NCBI GenBank assembly: GCA_004022145.1
Contig: RCNU01000004.1
DNA: 64,000 nt
Source: Paecilomyces variotii
Taxonomy: Eukaryota
Direction: 5' to 3' (one strand)
Of this stretch, positions 36,065 to 49,304 are shown piece by piece; position 1 is the stretch's first letter; each line of letters begins with the position of its first letter. A program made the position numbers and the translations under genes. The notes under the pieces were generated by a model. It did not search any database. It was not told the origin of the DNA and saw only the letters and a list, made by a program, of their open reading frames with translations.

Positions 36065-38652
36065 ATGGCAACAGGCTCTGAAGATCGCCCAGATCCCATT
36101 TCTGGCAGCGACACGGCCGCTGTGTCCCCGTCCTCCGCTCAGAGCGAGAGGAGGCAGAGGCATTCTTGTGTCCTCTGTTCCAGACGAAAAGTGAAATGTG
36201 ACAAGCACCATCCCTGTTCTGCATGCACTAAGGCTCAAGTCCAATGCGTTTTTTCCTCCCCGGCTCCTTCGCGGAGACACAAGAGGAAACATGTCGAAGA
36301 GGATGTCTACGCCCGCTTGAGGCGGTATGAAGACCTGTTGAAGAAGAACAACATCGATACGAGCACCAATGATGGCTGGATTCATTACGGTGTTGAGTCG
36401 AGAGCAGCACGTCAAGTGCCTGCTACTTCTAACCAAGTGGCAACAGGGCAGAAGAGCAAGTCTGCTGAGAAGGAGAGGTATGCTGGCCTTGATTCTTATT
36501 CGACAGGTTAACAGTGCTGATGAGTCTTCAGCAATCTCTGGGTCTATCTGAGCGACGAGGTACGAGGAATGTTAAATGTGTTCCATATAAATCCATTCAC
36601 TGATTTTTACAATCCTTTTTGCAGCTTCGTAACCCTTCCCAAGATCGGCTTGCCAAAGCCTCACCTCCTCCAGAGACCATATCCCCCAACCGGGTCGGTC
36701 CAGCTGAACCGTCTCCGGACGGGAATTTCCTTTTGTTGGGATCGGTTCCGCCAGGCATTGACCTGGCATCTGCTCATCCACGGCCTTCGAACATATTTCG
36801 TCTATGGCAGATATTTCTGAATCAGATCCATCCTCTGACCAAAGTCATTCATGCTCCCACGGTCCAGCAGCAGATTCTGGAAGCAAGCGATGACATCCAG
36901 AATATACCGAAGGAGCTGGAGGCTTTGATGTTCGTGATTTACTACTTTGCTGCCCATGGCCTAAAACAGTCCGAGTGCGAAAACTTGTTTGGCGAGGACA
37001 AGTCGGTGCTTGTCTCGAGGTATTGTACAGCAGCACAGAAGGCACTGATTGCAGCTGATTTCATTTCGTCATCGAGTTTGACGACCCTTCAGGCATTTGT
37101 TCTGTTCTTGGTAAGTCTGATACATATTTCCCAGGCCGATCGTCACATGTATTGCTACATGCTACAGTAATCTTGTCTTGATAAATATTCTGACTTCACA
37201 AAGTTTGCAACGCATAAATCGAACTCCTTATTCATCCTTGCTGGCGTTGCCCTGAGAATAGGACAGCGACTCAATCTGACCCAGGTCCAGCCGGGTCCTG
37301 GCATAACTCCTTTTGAATCTGAGATGCGACTCCGCCTCTGGTGGCAGATTGCATTCTTAGATCTTCGCGCGTCGCGTGCTGTCGGGTTACACTCATCATG
37401 CTCCATGCAATTGCGTGCCTCGCGGCCGCTTGGAGCAGACCTGACGGATGCCGACGATGATGATGTCAGACTACCTCTTAATGTCAACGACTCTGACTTG
37501 TATCCTGAGATGAGCTCCCTGCCAATCGAACACTCGGGGCCAACTGAGATGATCTACTGTCTGATGAAATACGACGCCGCACTCTTTCTACGGCACTCGC
37601 CAACAGCCGCTCCGCTCAAGGGACGGCCGCAGGTACTAGCAACTCCAGCGCTTCCAATGGCCGTCAAGGATAAGATCCTCAACGAGCTCGAAGACTTGTT
37701 CAACCGAAAGTACTTGCGATATTGTGACCCGCGAATCCCACTGCATTTAATTACCATGACCATGGCGGGGTTGGCAATATCTCGACTGCGATTCCTCTCA
37801 CACCACCCACGCCAGTATCCTGACGGCCAGGCGTCGTTGTCACGGGAGGAGAACGACATGTTGTTTGCTATGAGCGTTAAGCTTCTTCAGTTGGACACTC
37901 AACTCCGCAGGATCCAATTCCTAGAATACTTTCCCTGGCATGGAAACGCTAAAGGACAACTCGACGCCTTTATTTATGCACTCAGTGACCTCCGTCGTCG
38001 AACTACAGGAGATATCGTCTCGAACGCTTGGGAGCAAGTCGAGATCCTCTTCGAAGAGCACCCGGAGTTGATCACTGATCGTGAAAACAGCCTTTATTCC
38101 GCTCTCCGTGAGCTGACCCTTTCTGCATGGGAAGCCAGAAAAGCAGAACTCGTCCGTCAACGACAGCATGATGCCTCAGACACTGGACCTGTGGATCCAA
38201 ATTTTATCACTCAACTTCTCTCGTACTCTAACAACACTCAACTCGATTCTCATCATAGTAATAGCACCACCAGCAGCAGCAACAACACCACCAACAATAA
38301 TAATAATAACAACAATCAGACACCACACACCGACATCCTACCCCCGGAAAACACAATGTCCATTCCAGCAATCATACAAAACCCACCACACCGTCCTCTT
38401 CAACGTACCGACCACCCATTGAACAGCACGGGCGGCAGCACCTTTCTGGACTTCCAGAATGAACGATCTGCTGCTGCTGCTGCCACTGAAGTCGGGCTAC
38501 CAATGAACAACAATGACGACATGGACTGGACGTACTGGGAGGATCTGATGCAGGGACAAAACCAGAATCAGAATTCGAATTTGATCTTCCAGAGCCTTGA
38601 CGGAGATTATTACGGAAGGCCGTTTTTCGAACAGAATCGGTTTTGGCAGTAA
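36065..38652 (+). CDS. Zn(II)2Cys6 fungal transcription factor
   Basis: SCVLCSRRKVKCDKHHPCSACTKAQVQC; HPLTKVIHAPT; EMRLRLWWQI...LPLNVNDSDL; Asn-rich and acidic C-terminus. Confidence 0.92.
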
Positions 38653-39168
38653 TATTCTTCAAAGGATAAGGATAGGGGGGGACGAAGAGAGTGTTCTAGT
38701 TAATTACTATATATGGGGTGATCCACGCACTTATTGTAACGTAGTTATCATCCTTAGAAATACCACAGAATCGAATATGGTGTATGGTGTACCAATTATC
38801 GGGAAAACAAGTTTTCATGTACTGTACATACATACATTCGGATGGTGAGGTGATATGGAGGCCTGCCTGAACCGTTGAAGGTACCTCTCTATCGTGTGAT
38901 CTAACCCAGTTACTGTATCGTCGCTCTTTAGTTACCGAACATGCATTATTATTAATTCTCCTTTCGATTGTCATTAAACACAAAACTCGTTATAATCCAT
39001 TCATCCCACATCTCGATATCCACCAGGACTTTTATGCAACAAACACAGAACAAATGCCGATCATGTCAAAAATATTAACAATAGCAGAGACTATTCTCCC
39101 GTTAGATACAACCATTACTTACTATATATAGACTGGGGAGGCTAGGGAGAGTAGGGGAATATTTCAAA

Positions 39169-42100
39169 TCAAATCAAATCCCTCTGCTGCCTCGCTTCGA
39201 TAATTTCCTCTCTCCCAATCGAACTCCTCTCACACATACCCCAGAAAACGCCCCCCTGGTCGAATAATTCGAGAGGCGTGCCCACTTCCCCGACACGACC
39301 CTGATCGATCACGCAGATGCGATCGTAGCCGATGATCGTCTTCAGACGATGCGCGATACAAAGTAGCGTCTTTCCCCTGAAGCCATCGAGGATGGTGCGC
39401 TGGATGCGACGATCTGTCTCGAAGTCCACGGAGCTGGTGGCTTCGTCGCAGATGATGATTTGGCTGTTTCGCACGAGGGCGCGGGCGAGGGCCATCAGTT
39501 GGCGTTGGCCGAGGGAGAAGTTCTGGCCTTGGTCGTCGACGGAGGTGTCGAGTGTGATGCGGTTCTGGGGTGCGGCATTGTTGTTGTTGTTGTCATTGTT
39601 GTTGTTTGGGTCGGCGTCAACGATACCTGCTTGGCGGAGGGCAGACCATAATTCGAGATCGGAGTGGGCGTTGAATGGATCCAGGTTCGAGCGGACGGTG
39701 CCTTTGAATAGAGTTGGGTCCTGAGGGATGATGGACATGCGACTGCGAAGATCGCTGAGTCCAACGGTGTTGATGTTGATGTTATCGATCGTGATGGAGC
39801 CGCCGGATAACTCGACTAGGCGGAAGAGAGCGCTCATGATACTGGATTTGCCAGCACCGGTACGCCCGACAATTCCGACTTTCTCGCCCGGTTGGATGTG
39901 CAGGGACAGCCCTTGAAGAACGAGGGGTAGTTCGGCACGGTATCTCATCTGGACGTTATCGAAGACGATCTCTCCGCGTTCGGGCCAGCTTTGGGGCAAA
40001 TCGACAGCAGTGTGCTCGGGGGCTTCCTGTTCGAGAGAGAGACCGTAGTAGTGCAATCTCTCGGCGGAGTTCATGTTGTTTTGCATTTCAGTGACTTGTC
40101 GAACGGTGAACTGGAGCATTTGCATTATGGATATAACGTATGAGAGAACCAGGCCGCTGATGCTAGGACTGATTTCGAAGCGCGATGTGACCACTAGCAT
40201 GCATACAATGAACGTGAGGATGATACCGATGGCATCAATTCGTACGTTCAGCCATCTCTGATTGGCAAAGGTCAGGAAATAAGCACTGTTCATGTCATCG
40301 ATGGCGTCGTTAAGTCGATCCGAGAACTGCTTCTGCAGACCATACGCCCTCACAGTCGGGGTGCCTAGGACGGCTTCATTGAAGCGAGCGAAGACGTGAC
40401 TGCGGAGGACGGCCTCGTGTCGGTTCACTTCTCTGGCGGATGGTCGGTAATACATGGCCATGATCACGTAGAGAGTAAACAGGGGCACAAGGGCGGCAGC
40501 AAAGTAGTAATAATAGGCAATTGTCAGGATGAAAATGGCGATTAGGGAGGCGATGGTCATGCAGGCCATTCGAATGCTGTCAGACAGGTTGTTGTCCATC
40601 GTGTCGACATCCTTGGATAGTCGATTCATCACTCGGCCCAGGGGCGTAGTGTCGAAGAAAGACATCGGAGCTCGAACAACACGCTGTAGAGCGCGACGGA
40701 GCATGCCTTTACTGGCTCTTGTGCCAAGGATAGAGACTGAGACGGCCCATGCGAAGACTGTGACGGCTGCGACAACACCCAGGGCGGCGTAAACACCTAT
40801 CTAGAGAAATAGTCAGTATAGCGGTAGGATGCTTGGGAGGTATCTTCAACATACGTAAGCACCTGTCGAGAGGCCAAACTTATCTGATGACCACCATGCC
40901 AGCCACAGACTCGTCAAAGTGTTTGCTCCTTGTGAGATGATCAGGAAGAATAGTGTCATAGGAGCAATCCAGACAGAGCCAGTAGACTTGCAATAATCCA
41001 CGTAAACGCTCATGGGGACTCCCTTGACTGCCCGGTCCTCCTGTTGCATCAGGGCATCAGCCGAATCGCCCTTCTGCTTTTTCGGTCCTCCGGCGACCAT
41101 GTTCTGATCAGTAGGCCTGTTCTCGACAACGGGGTCAGTTGTGTCGACCGTTTCCATGATACTCTGGAACTCCTCATTCTTCTCCATAAGAGCATCAAAG
41201 GTATCGAAGGCAGTAATATGGCCGTCCTGCATAATAATGATCCGGTCGCAGCGATTCAAGATGTGCAATTGATGTGTCGCAAGGATACGGCATTTGTCTT
41301 TGAGTAGACCGCAGATGGCATGTTGCATCAGGTGACGACCAACGTGAGCGTCGACGGCGGATAGAGGGTCATCCAAAAGCACGATATCGGCGTCAGAGTA
41401 AATGGCTCGAGCGAGAGACAGACGCTGCTTTTGTCCACCGGAAAGGTTGATGCCACGTTCTCCCACCTCTGTCAAGTTACCGTGCGGAAGCATCTCCAGA
41501 TCATGGCCAAGAGCACAGGCGTCAACAACACGATCGTACTTGTCCTTGTCAAATTCACTGCCAAAGGTGATGTTTTCCAGGATAGTAGCATTCTGAATCC
41601 AAGCCTGCTGAGGGCAGAACGCACGAGAGCCACTGATCACGGCGGACCCTCGCACCCGACGCATATCTCCCGCGATAGCAGACAGAAGCGAACTCTTTCC
41701 GGAACCAACACTTCCAATGACACCGATGAGTTCTTGTTTACCGGCGACCAAGTTGATATCAAGAATTTTGAAAGGTGGCTGTGGTCCTGGGGTCTCTTCG
41801 GAGGTGTCATCGGGAGTCACAGCCTGAGAGATGTCAGTGCTGCTGACGGGCATCTTTTCCGGGTCATGATCCGCGCTGGCTTTGGTCTTTTGTGCCTTCT
41901 TTGCTTCCTTCTTCGCCTTCTTCGCATCGAACTTTTTGTTGTTTCCCTGGCCGCCCTTTGCCTCTTCATCGAGGTTTGCTTCCCAGGTAAAGTCTGCGTG
42001 CTCGATGGCAACGGCGTCTAGGCTGTCCTTGCGGATCTCAATGTCATCCTTCTGGTCTTCGGCAAGTAGGAACTGCTCGATTCGCCCAATACCAGTGAAT

Positions 42101-43538
42101 GCATCAGCAACCAATCCGATGATCATAGGTAAAATGGTCAACGGCTGACGCAGCTGATTGAACAGCGCCAGCGATGAGAACACCGGTGCAGGGTTCAGCG
42201 GATGCTTGGAAAGCTGGAAAGTGATGAATGCCAACATGGATGCAAAGACCGGGATACAGACACCGAAAGCGTTGATACCATTTCGGGTACCAAGCAGCAT
42301 CTGTACCGATCGCAGCTCTTTGTTTCGAATGGCGGAGATACGCTGCAGAAAGTCGCGCTCCCAGTTGTAATACTTCACAAATCGGATTCCTTGAAGGATT
42401 TCCTGCGTGAGGCCGACTCTCTCGTCCGTGAACTTGTTGGCCTTGGCACGTCGACCGAGGAGGCTCTTGACCGCTATGCCCATTGTGGGCACGGCGAGGA
42501 AGAAGATGCCGATTCCAGGAAGCGCACTATAGGTCAAGTTGATCAGAAGCAAGATAATCGTGACGATGATAGACACTGGACTGCTCCAGGCCAGGTGAAA
42601 CCATCCAGACGCTTTGTCGATACGGTAGGTATCCATCGACATCAAGTTGATGATGCGACCATTGCTCCAGCCCTGGCTCTCGCGCGCCTTCTGCGCCTTG
42701 CGCTTTTCCTTCTCGTCATCACCGCTCTCTTGCTCCAGCTTCTTCGCATACCATTCCTTCTCCTCCTCACTTCCGGGTTTGATATCCATCGGCAGTTCAT
42801 CCAAGACTTTACCACCGGCCTTCGCTCTACCCGAGATGGTCATGGCCTTGTCAAAAATCAGCGCAGTCAACGCAGACCGGACCTCTCCACCAAACACCAT
42901 GCCGCGATACATGAAATGGTTCATGCCAACACTGCTGATAATCTGCATGCCGGCGATACAGAAGACATATCCAATACCTTTGCCGATCGGCGGGCCCTTG
43001 GTGTGCGTCTCGTCTGCCACAAAGGCTTCTGCCGCAAAGGCAATGAGGTATTTGAGCACGAACGGGATCAGCACTTGCGACATACTGGCCACTAGTGCGC
43101 CAATGGCCCCGATGGTGAAATCCATTTTAAAGGTCTCATAGATGGCGAATGCCAGGGGTCGTTTCGACCCGGCTTTGACGCGAGCGTTGAACCTTTCTTT
43201 CAGCTTTCCTGAAAACTGGCGCGCAGAACGGTCTGGGTTCACGAGCCAGATGTCGTTCAGTTCAATGGGACGTTTCCAGCCAACCTGTTCACATAGTCAA
43301 TATCCCGTATTCCTTGCTCGATTTTCTGTGATTTCGGGATATAGATATATATACGTACTGCCAAAAGTGGAGCAGTCCATTGGAAAGTCAGCAGACTAAG
43401 AAACCCGGCATTGTATTCCGGACATACTGTCCGTTCCTTGGGGACAGGCGGTTTTTCTTTTGACAGGATCGTCAGTGTCGGATACCACTTCTTGTGCTGG
43501 TGTTTCACAACATCTGGGCTGCTTGTCGAGTCCGCCAT
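39169..43538 (-). CDS. ABCC/MRP transporter, Yor1-like
   Basis: CPEYNAGFLSLLTFQW N-terminus, GSVGSGKSS, NLSGGQKQR, LLDDPLSAVD, FFDTTPLGR, GRTGAGKSS, FSLGQRQL, DEATSSVD; two introns. Confidence 0.93.
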
Positions 43539-44817
43539 TGTCACACCTCTGTCCCTTGTTTTTCTCGGCGATCTCAGACGGACAGAAATCTGCGCCTGGA
43601 TAAGTATCCTGGGGAGTCGATACGGCCGTCCGACTCTTGCGGTGGTCGGGCACTCACGTCACAGAATAACAGGACATGAGGAATGGCTAATTAATAAATC
43701 AACCAAGATGACTCGAAGACGAAAAAAGAGCCCTCGATGTCCTTTTAGACTCTAGATAAGCAAGAAAACTGGCCACAGAGTCACAGTACAAGCGTCCCCA
43801 CATCCAGCCCGTTTCTCCATCAATCTAGTAGAGGATCCGTATTATTCTAGGCTTCCATCTTTATTCTCCCGTCATTTGACTCGGAACCGAATCCGGGGGA
43901 CCTGGACTAGTTAGTCTCGACACAATCTCGATGCTACTTCGGATCAATGTGATGTACTGTTCTTGCTCCGACCTGCACGCGCAATTGGTCTTTCTTTCTC
44001 TCTTTCTTTCTGTCTTTCTTTCAGAGTCCAAATGTGTACGCAGATTCAGACAATCATCCAGTGCATCTCTCTTTTCCCCCCTCAAACTTCCCGGGCGTCA
44101 AATTCGTCCGATCCCGTTGGTCGAAACGAGCGTGTCGGGTCCGGTTCTTCCTAGTCAGGATTAGAACATCGGGTTGTCGGGCCCGAGGGTTCCTGTTATG
44201 GATAAGCGCATGGGTTTCTGCAGCAAATCTGGTGGATTATTCAGCACGGACAACCCGAAACGGCATTTCGGAGTCCCGAGTTACTCGATGGGGATGTTCT
44301 TCACTGCTCCAACTAAGGCTGCCTGGGCCTTTCGATTCGTATCCCATCGTTGCAAGGGATGGATAGGCCGAGATTAAGTACTTTAGTAACTATACGTTAT
44401 GTCGTAGTGAATTAACTATTATTAGTCCGTTACGTACTCGTTAGTAGTTACCTAGTTAACCAAGTTAACCACCTCGCACTGTCTAAGATCTGATCTTGTC
44501 TCTTCTAGAAGATCACAGTGGTCTTTATTTATTTATTCGATGGCTACTTGATATGGAAATTGTGATATTGATGCTTCTAGACCGCGAGATTGGCACGATC
44601 ACATCTCCGATTCCGATATAGGTCTGAAAGACCATTCTCTGGGGTGGATAGAAGACTGACTGATATGGTTTCATTCTATATAGGAAATATCATCATTCAA
44701 GTGAACGTCATTTTCAAACATTGTCGTGTCGTGGAATCAAGGGGTATTCATTGAGTCGGAAAATGGTCATAGCAGATATACTGTGCTGTACGTATCAAAC
44801 ATAAAAGAGACATGTCT

Positions 44818-47800
44818 TCATGCACCCATGTGGATGAACGGTGCCCACGACAGCACGTCCTTACTCCGAGCCACTCTTGGGCTCAGTCGGATTCTCTGAA
44901 GCGCTTGGTGCAGGCAATAAGCAATGTCATGACAGCGGGAAGTCGAAGGGTCACCTAGCCGGCGCCCAATTTCCTCGTAGAAGAGCTTAGCCACTTGAAC
45001 GGCGGCTTTGTCGCTGGTGTCCCAGAGGGTTCCAACTACATGCGGGAACCCAATCAGCTGGAAAGCACTGGCGACGTGGATGATTTCGTCCATGAGTTCC
45101 TCCGCAGAGTTCTCCGCCGTGGAGCAAGCAGATAGGTACGCCAGACGGGCGTCGTCGTGGTTGAGCATCGAGATCTCTCGAACGGTAAGCCGCTCAGGAT
45201 TTCCGTCATGGCCGGGTGCAAGCAGCAATGCCGCATCAGAAGGATTGTTTGGATCCGGAGACCCGTGGCATGCAAAGTGAATGAAATGGTGTCGGGGGAG
45301 TTCACGCAAGATATCCGTCTTGGACGGCATATCGAGGACTGTATATGTCACAGATCCCATACTTCTCTGGATCGCTTCAATCTCATCATGTGTCTTCAGA
45401 CTAGGCTTGCCCATGGTCTCAGGCACAGGAACGATTAACATCTTTACATCTGCGTCCGGCGGGGAAGGTCGCTGTCCTTTCTCGCGGGAGAAGCGGAGTC
45501 CTTTAAACGTGGGCGTGTAGCTGGAGATAACGTAGTCCATAGTCACAGACTGCTCATCCCCAGCTGCGTGTAGCGGAAACAGACCCATATACCCGCTGGC
45601 CACCCACCATAACCGCGGAACATGGTGTTCAGGCTTGGTCGACATGAGCCCCAAATGTAAGAGAACCGGCCGCACCGCTGCTTCCCACAACCACTGCATT
45701 ATATCCCGGAGTTCTTTGTTCCGTTTTGCCTTGGTGCTCGGCTTGCCACGAGATAGCCGTTCATTCCCTACCAGACGTGCAGCATTGCGTTTCAGTTCAT
45801 CCAAGGATAGGTCAAGAGGGATGCTAACAATACCCCTCTTGGTCGCAATCAAGGCGTCGCTTCGGTATTCGGTAACATTGAACGCTGCTACAGGGCCTTT
45901 CTGGGCAAGTTCGACAAAGTCGGCCGCCGATAATGGAACGCGGAAATGCTCAAACCCGGAGATAGTCCGAATCTTCTGCTCAATGGCTTCAAGTTCCTTC
46001 ATACTCTCCGTCCGTCGTGAGATAGCATTCGAAAAGTTAGTCTTCAGCCCTTGGAAGTTCAACGATCCGGGGGTTCGCTGATGCTTGAGCGTGTCCGCAC
46101 TGGGTGCCATGCCATTGCCGGACGGAAGCAAAATCTGTCGACGCAGTTGTATGTATTGATTGTACAGCAGCGGGTCAATGCGCTGCAAGCCGGATATATC
46201 AGCGCGTAGATCGATGGTCAGACTGCCAATGACGCCCCGGCCAGCTTCCAACATCTCGACAGCCTCTGCGGCCGAGCCGCCCGCCTGGAGCACAGCAGAT
46301 GCAGCCAGTGATGAGAAATTGGTCATGTTCTTGATCAGGTGTTGCTGGTCATCACGATTCAACCAGCGGGGTACCAACCACGGCAAGAGCTGCACAACAT
46401 CTCTGGCTACAGTCGTAGCCTTAGCCCAGTCCTCTTTCCTAACATGACAGTCGAAGGCGTTTTGGCCGGCCTTGATGCGATCCAGAGGCGGCGCGTTGTA
46501 CTGTTGAAGAGCTTCGGTAAAAAGAGCGACGGGCTCTCGATTGCCAGTGATTATCTGCCCCCCTTGGACACATGGATCCCTGAGCAAGGAACCAAGGTGA
46601 TTTAGGTACATTGCACAGTTGGGATGTCCCTGGGGGGCTGCATCGACTGCTTGAGAACCCTTCCGAACAGCTTCCTGCAAGTCAGAGAGATGACCCTGAC
46701 TCCGAAAACGATCGAGAAGCCTGCAGCTCAGATTATGTAGTAAAACAGGACGGTCCGGGTGACGGTAGAGAATCATGTTCAACGCCTTTTGTCCGAGCAA
46801 GATTGCTTCGTTTAGGTCCGCAGTAGATTTAGTCTTGAGGAAACGAGCTCCAAGATGAACACTCAGACTGTTCAGAATGCTGACGCGAATCGGTTCATCC
46901 TCTCGAACTATTGCTGATGCTTGTTGTCCCATCTCGATCGCTCTGTTGAGATCACTCACAGTGTCCGTTCGTTTGTAAAGGCTACCGAATTGATTGCCAA
47001 GAGTGTATAGGAAGCTGACTCGGCAAGGGTGGTTGAAGGGAGTTAGATGAACAACCTTCTGCATGAGATAAATTGCTTCTTGCAGATCCACCAAGGCGCC
47101 AATTTGCTCAAACCTATGCGTCAGCTGAGAACTCAGACTGTACAAAAGCTCAGCACGGATAGGATCGTCCAGAGAAGCAATTGTTAGGGCCTCCTGACTG
47201 GCGCGGATTGCGGTTTCAAGGTCGGTCAACCAGCCGGTCCTCAGGAAGCTGATCTCCAGTCCGATGCTCAGTTCATTGAGGCAAATAGCACGGTTAGGAT
47301 TGGCGCGTGATATCCCATCCATAGCTTTCCGAGCGAGTTGGATCGATTCACGGATGTCCGCCACGGCCTCGGTCTTCATATAACGGTCCCGTAAACGACG
47401 GCTCAGTGCACACAGATTGACGGACCGCTCGGAATCATTTACAGGTCCCAGGTTGATTGCCTCCTCGGTCATCCTAATGGCCATGTCCAGATCCTCTATG
47501 CTTCCAAGCGTCTGGTATCGGTAATGGAGGTGATTACTCAATGTTAGCAGGTAATCCGTCCGCGAAGGATGGTCGTGGGGCGTGGCCTCTAGAAATCTGG
47601 TCTGGAGCTCAATGGCTTGTTCCAAGCTGGCCACTCTCGCCGGGGTTTCAGAATGGTATCCCAACCGTTCGGCCAGATATACTGGGATATCTGCAAAATC
47701 ACCCGCGTCGCTTGGGGTGGTATCCCAAGTAGCTTGTGCCAAGTAAGCAGAACTCCTTCGAGAGTCCATGTCGCTGTTTGGGCCGAACGACAGGGAAAGA

Positions 47801-48633
47801 GGGCTGTCTAGACGCTTGAAGATCATCGATTCTTGTGCCATTGTCGCTTGTAAGGCCTCCTCCTCTTCGTCATCTGTCGGATCTGGAGTCTCTATCGCAT
47901 GAAGGTTCACCCCAGTACTATTGAGCCGATTTCCCAGTGGAGTATCCTGCCGTTCGATATGAATGGCTCCTCCAACAAGCTTGGTATCATTGGAGCTGTT
48001 GATTGTTTGCTTTGGCGTATCAAACGCATTGTCAGGCTCCAGTGCCTTCTCCAAGTCCTCGAAACTCTTCTGATAGCGGATCCCTAGATTGTTAAGATAC
48101 TTGATCCATCCCTGACGACTCCCGCTTTCGAACTCTACTGGCTCCTGTGTAACTTTGATGGTCTGATCCAGACCGCCCAGATCTTCCAGTCTTGAGAATG
48201 GATAGCCTCGATAAGAGCTAGGACTGTTTGGACAGCTAGTATGCGGCTCATCGATGGGAGAGAATGTACTCGATGCCTCCACTGATCGGGAGCCTTCGGC
48301 TGATCGGTCGTCTGGGGAATCAGATTCATCGTCGAGTATTCGTCTCGAGATCGTGCGACTTGCAATAATAGCATGCTGGGCGAGCTGCAGAGATTCCGAC
48401 AAGTCCTGAACCTTCCCTTCTCGCTCAAATCGCTCCCGAAGCCGCCTGCTGAGCTCACTGAGATAGGCTGGGCGCTCTGAATCTGAACATAGATCTACTG
48501 CCTGTCGTGCGAGTTTCACGGATTCATGAAGATGGTCTATGTTTCCGGTTTCGCGGTACAACCGCACAAGCTCGACGCCTAGGCGATCAAGGCGCGTCGC
48601 CTCCTGCACTTGGTCATGGCTGGTAAGATCCAT
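44818..48633 (-). CDS. TPR-repeat + CHAT domain (caspase-like/HetF) protease, 1271 aa, intronless
   Basis: About 45-aa HPxR..L..L...L..R....G...DL..AI repeats; CHAT motifs LWEAAVRPVL, LWWVASGYMGLFPLHAAG, SSYTPT, HFACHG (His), AYLSACSTA (Cys), GFPHVVGTLW, WAPFIHMGA. Confidence 0.93.
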   Translation of the reverse strand: MDLTSHDQVQEATRLDRLGVELVRLYRETGNIDHLHESVKLARQAVDLCSDSERPAYLSELSRRLRERFEREGKVQDLSESLQLAQHAIIASRTISRRILDDESDSPDDRSAEGSRSVEASSTFSPIDEPHTSCPNSPSSYRGYPFSRLEDLGGLDQTIKVTQEPVEFESGSRQGWIKYLNNLGIRYQKSFEDLEKALEPDNAFDTPKQTINSSNDTKLVGGAIHIERQDTPLGNRLNSTGVNLHAIETPDPTDDEEEEALQATMAQESMIFKRLDSPLSLSFGPNSDMDSRRSSAYLAQATWDTTPSDAGDFADIPVYLAERLGYHSETPARVASLEQAIELQTRFLEATPHDHPSRTDYLLTLSNHLHYRYQTLGSIEDLDMAIRMTEEAINLGPVNDSERSVNLCALSRRLRDRYMKTEAVADIRESIQLARKAMDGISRANPNRAICLNELSIGLEISFLRTGWLTDLETAIRASQEALTIASLDDPIRAELLYSLSSQLTHRFEQIGALVDLQEAIYLMQKVVHLTPFNHPCRVSFLYTLGNQFGSLYKRTDTVSDLNRAIEMGQQASAIVREDEPIRVSILNSLSVHLGARFLKTKSTADLNEAILLGQKALNMILYRHPDRPVLLHNLSCRLLDRFRSQGHLSDLQEAVRKGSQAVDAAPQGHPNCAMYLNHLGSLLRDPCVQGGQIITGNREPVALFTEALQQYNAPPLDRIKAGQNAFDCHVRKEDWAKATTVARDVVQLLPWLVPRWLNRDDQQHLIKNMTNFSSLAASAVLQAGGSAAEAVEMLEAGRGVIGSLTIDLRADISGLQRIDPLLYNQYIQLRRQILLPSGNGMAPSADTLKHQRTPGSLNFQGLKTNFSNAISRRTESMKELEAIEQKIRTISGFEHFRVPLSAADFVELAQKGPVAAFNVTEYRSDALIATKRGIVSIPLDLSLDELKRNAARLVGNERLSRGKPSTKAKRNKELRDIMQWLWEAAVRPVLLHLGLMSTKPEHHVPRLWWVASGYMGLFPLHAAGDEQSVTMDYVISSYTPTFKGLRFSREKGQRPSPPDADVKMLIVPVPETMGKPSLKTHDEIEAIQRSMGSVTYTVLDMPSKTDILRELPRHHFIHFACHGSPDPNNPSDAALLLAPGHDGNPERLTVREISMLNHDDARLAYLSACSTAENSAEELMDEIIHVASAFQLIGFPHVVGTLWDTSDKAAVQVAKLFYEEIGRRLGDPSTSRCHDIAYCLHQALQRIRLSPRVARSKDVLSWAPFIHMGA

Positions 48634-49304
48634 GATAGCCAGTACGCGAAGGATAGATCTGAATCATAGCAAAGTGGTGGACACTCGAGTGGTAACACGC
48701 CGGCCTGGATTGGTGGTTCCCTGTGCGGTCCGGTCCGCGAACAAGAAAGAGCGGTTGCTGGCGTCGATTGGAGTCAATTGAATACTGTGAGCCTGTCGAA
48801 TGGCACGAATCGCGTCTCTTATTATCATATACACAAGAGAGATAGCGATTAGAGTTGAACCCGACTAACACCCGGATGCCGCAATCATTGATCTCCCTCC
48901 CGTTTGACAGCATGCAGGGCGTGCGATCCAGGCAATTCAATTTCTGGAACTTTCAGCATGACTCACGCTAGCACTAACCGGTTTAAAGGAACAGCTGGTT
49001 TGATTTTGATCTCTAAGTCGCGATGAATCTGGAGGACTGACTGCGGTGATCAGGTCACTATCCTGTCCGTGCTTCGATATGAAACACGACGGTCCCTGTC
49101 AAAGTGCATCAACAACGCGCAAGATCCGCACCCGTGACCCCTCACACGGCCCCTATTCTGCAACTGTAAACATCGGGTGAAGTTAGTTGGAACATGTGAA
49201 TAATTCGTTGAAGGGCTTCGCGATCTGTAGTCAAGACATTGCGCTTCCGCAAAAGTCGACCTTTCCACTGGCGGAGAGTCGACCTCTCTCATCTGAGCAT
49301 CGAG

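Noticed and set aside
42202-43095. 297-aa plus-strand ORF
   Set aside because: Antisense shadow within the ABCC gene.
49239-49304. N-terminal extension of the gasdermin-like ORF in the ORF track
   Set aside because: Begins at TTG; the first ATG, in good context (GAGATGG), is at 49305.
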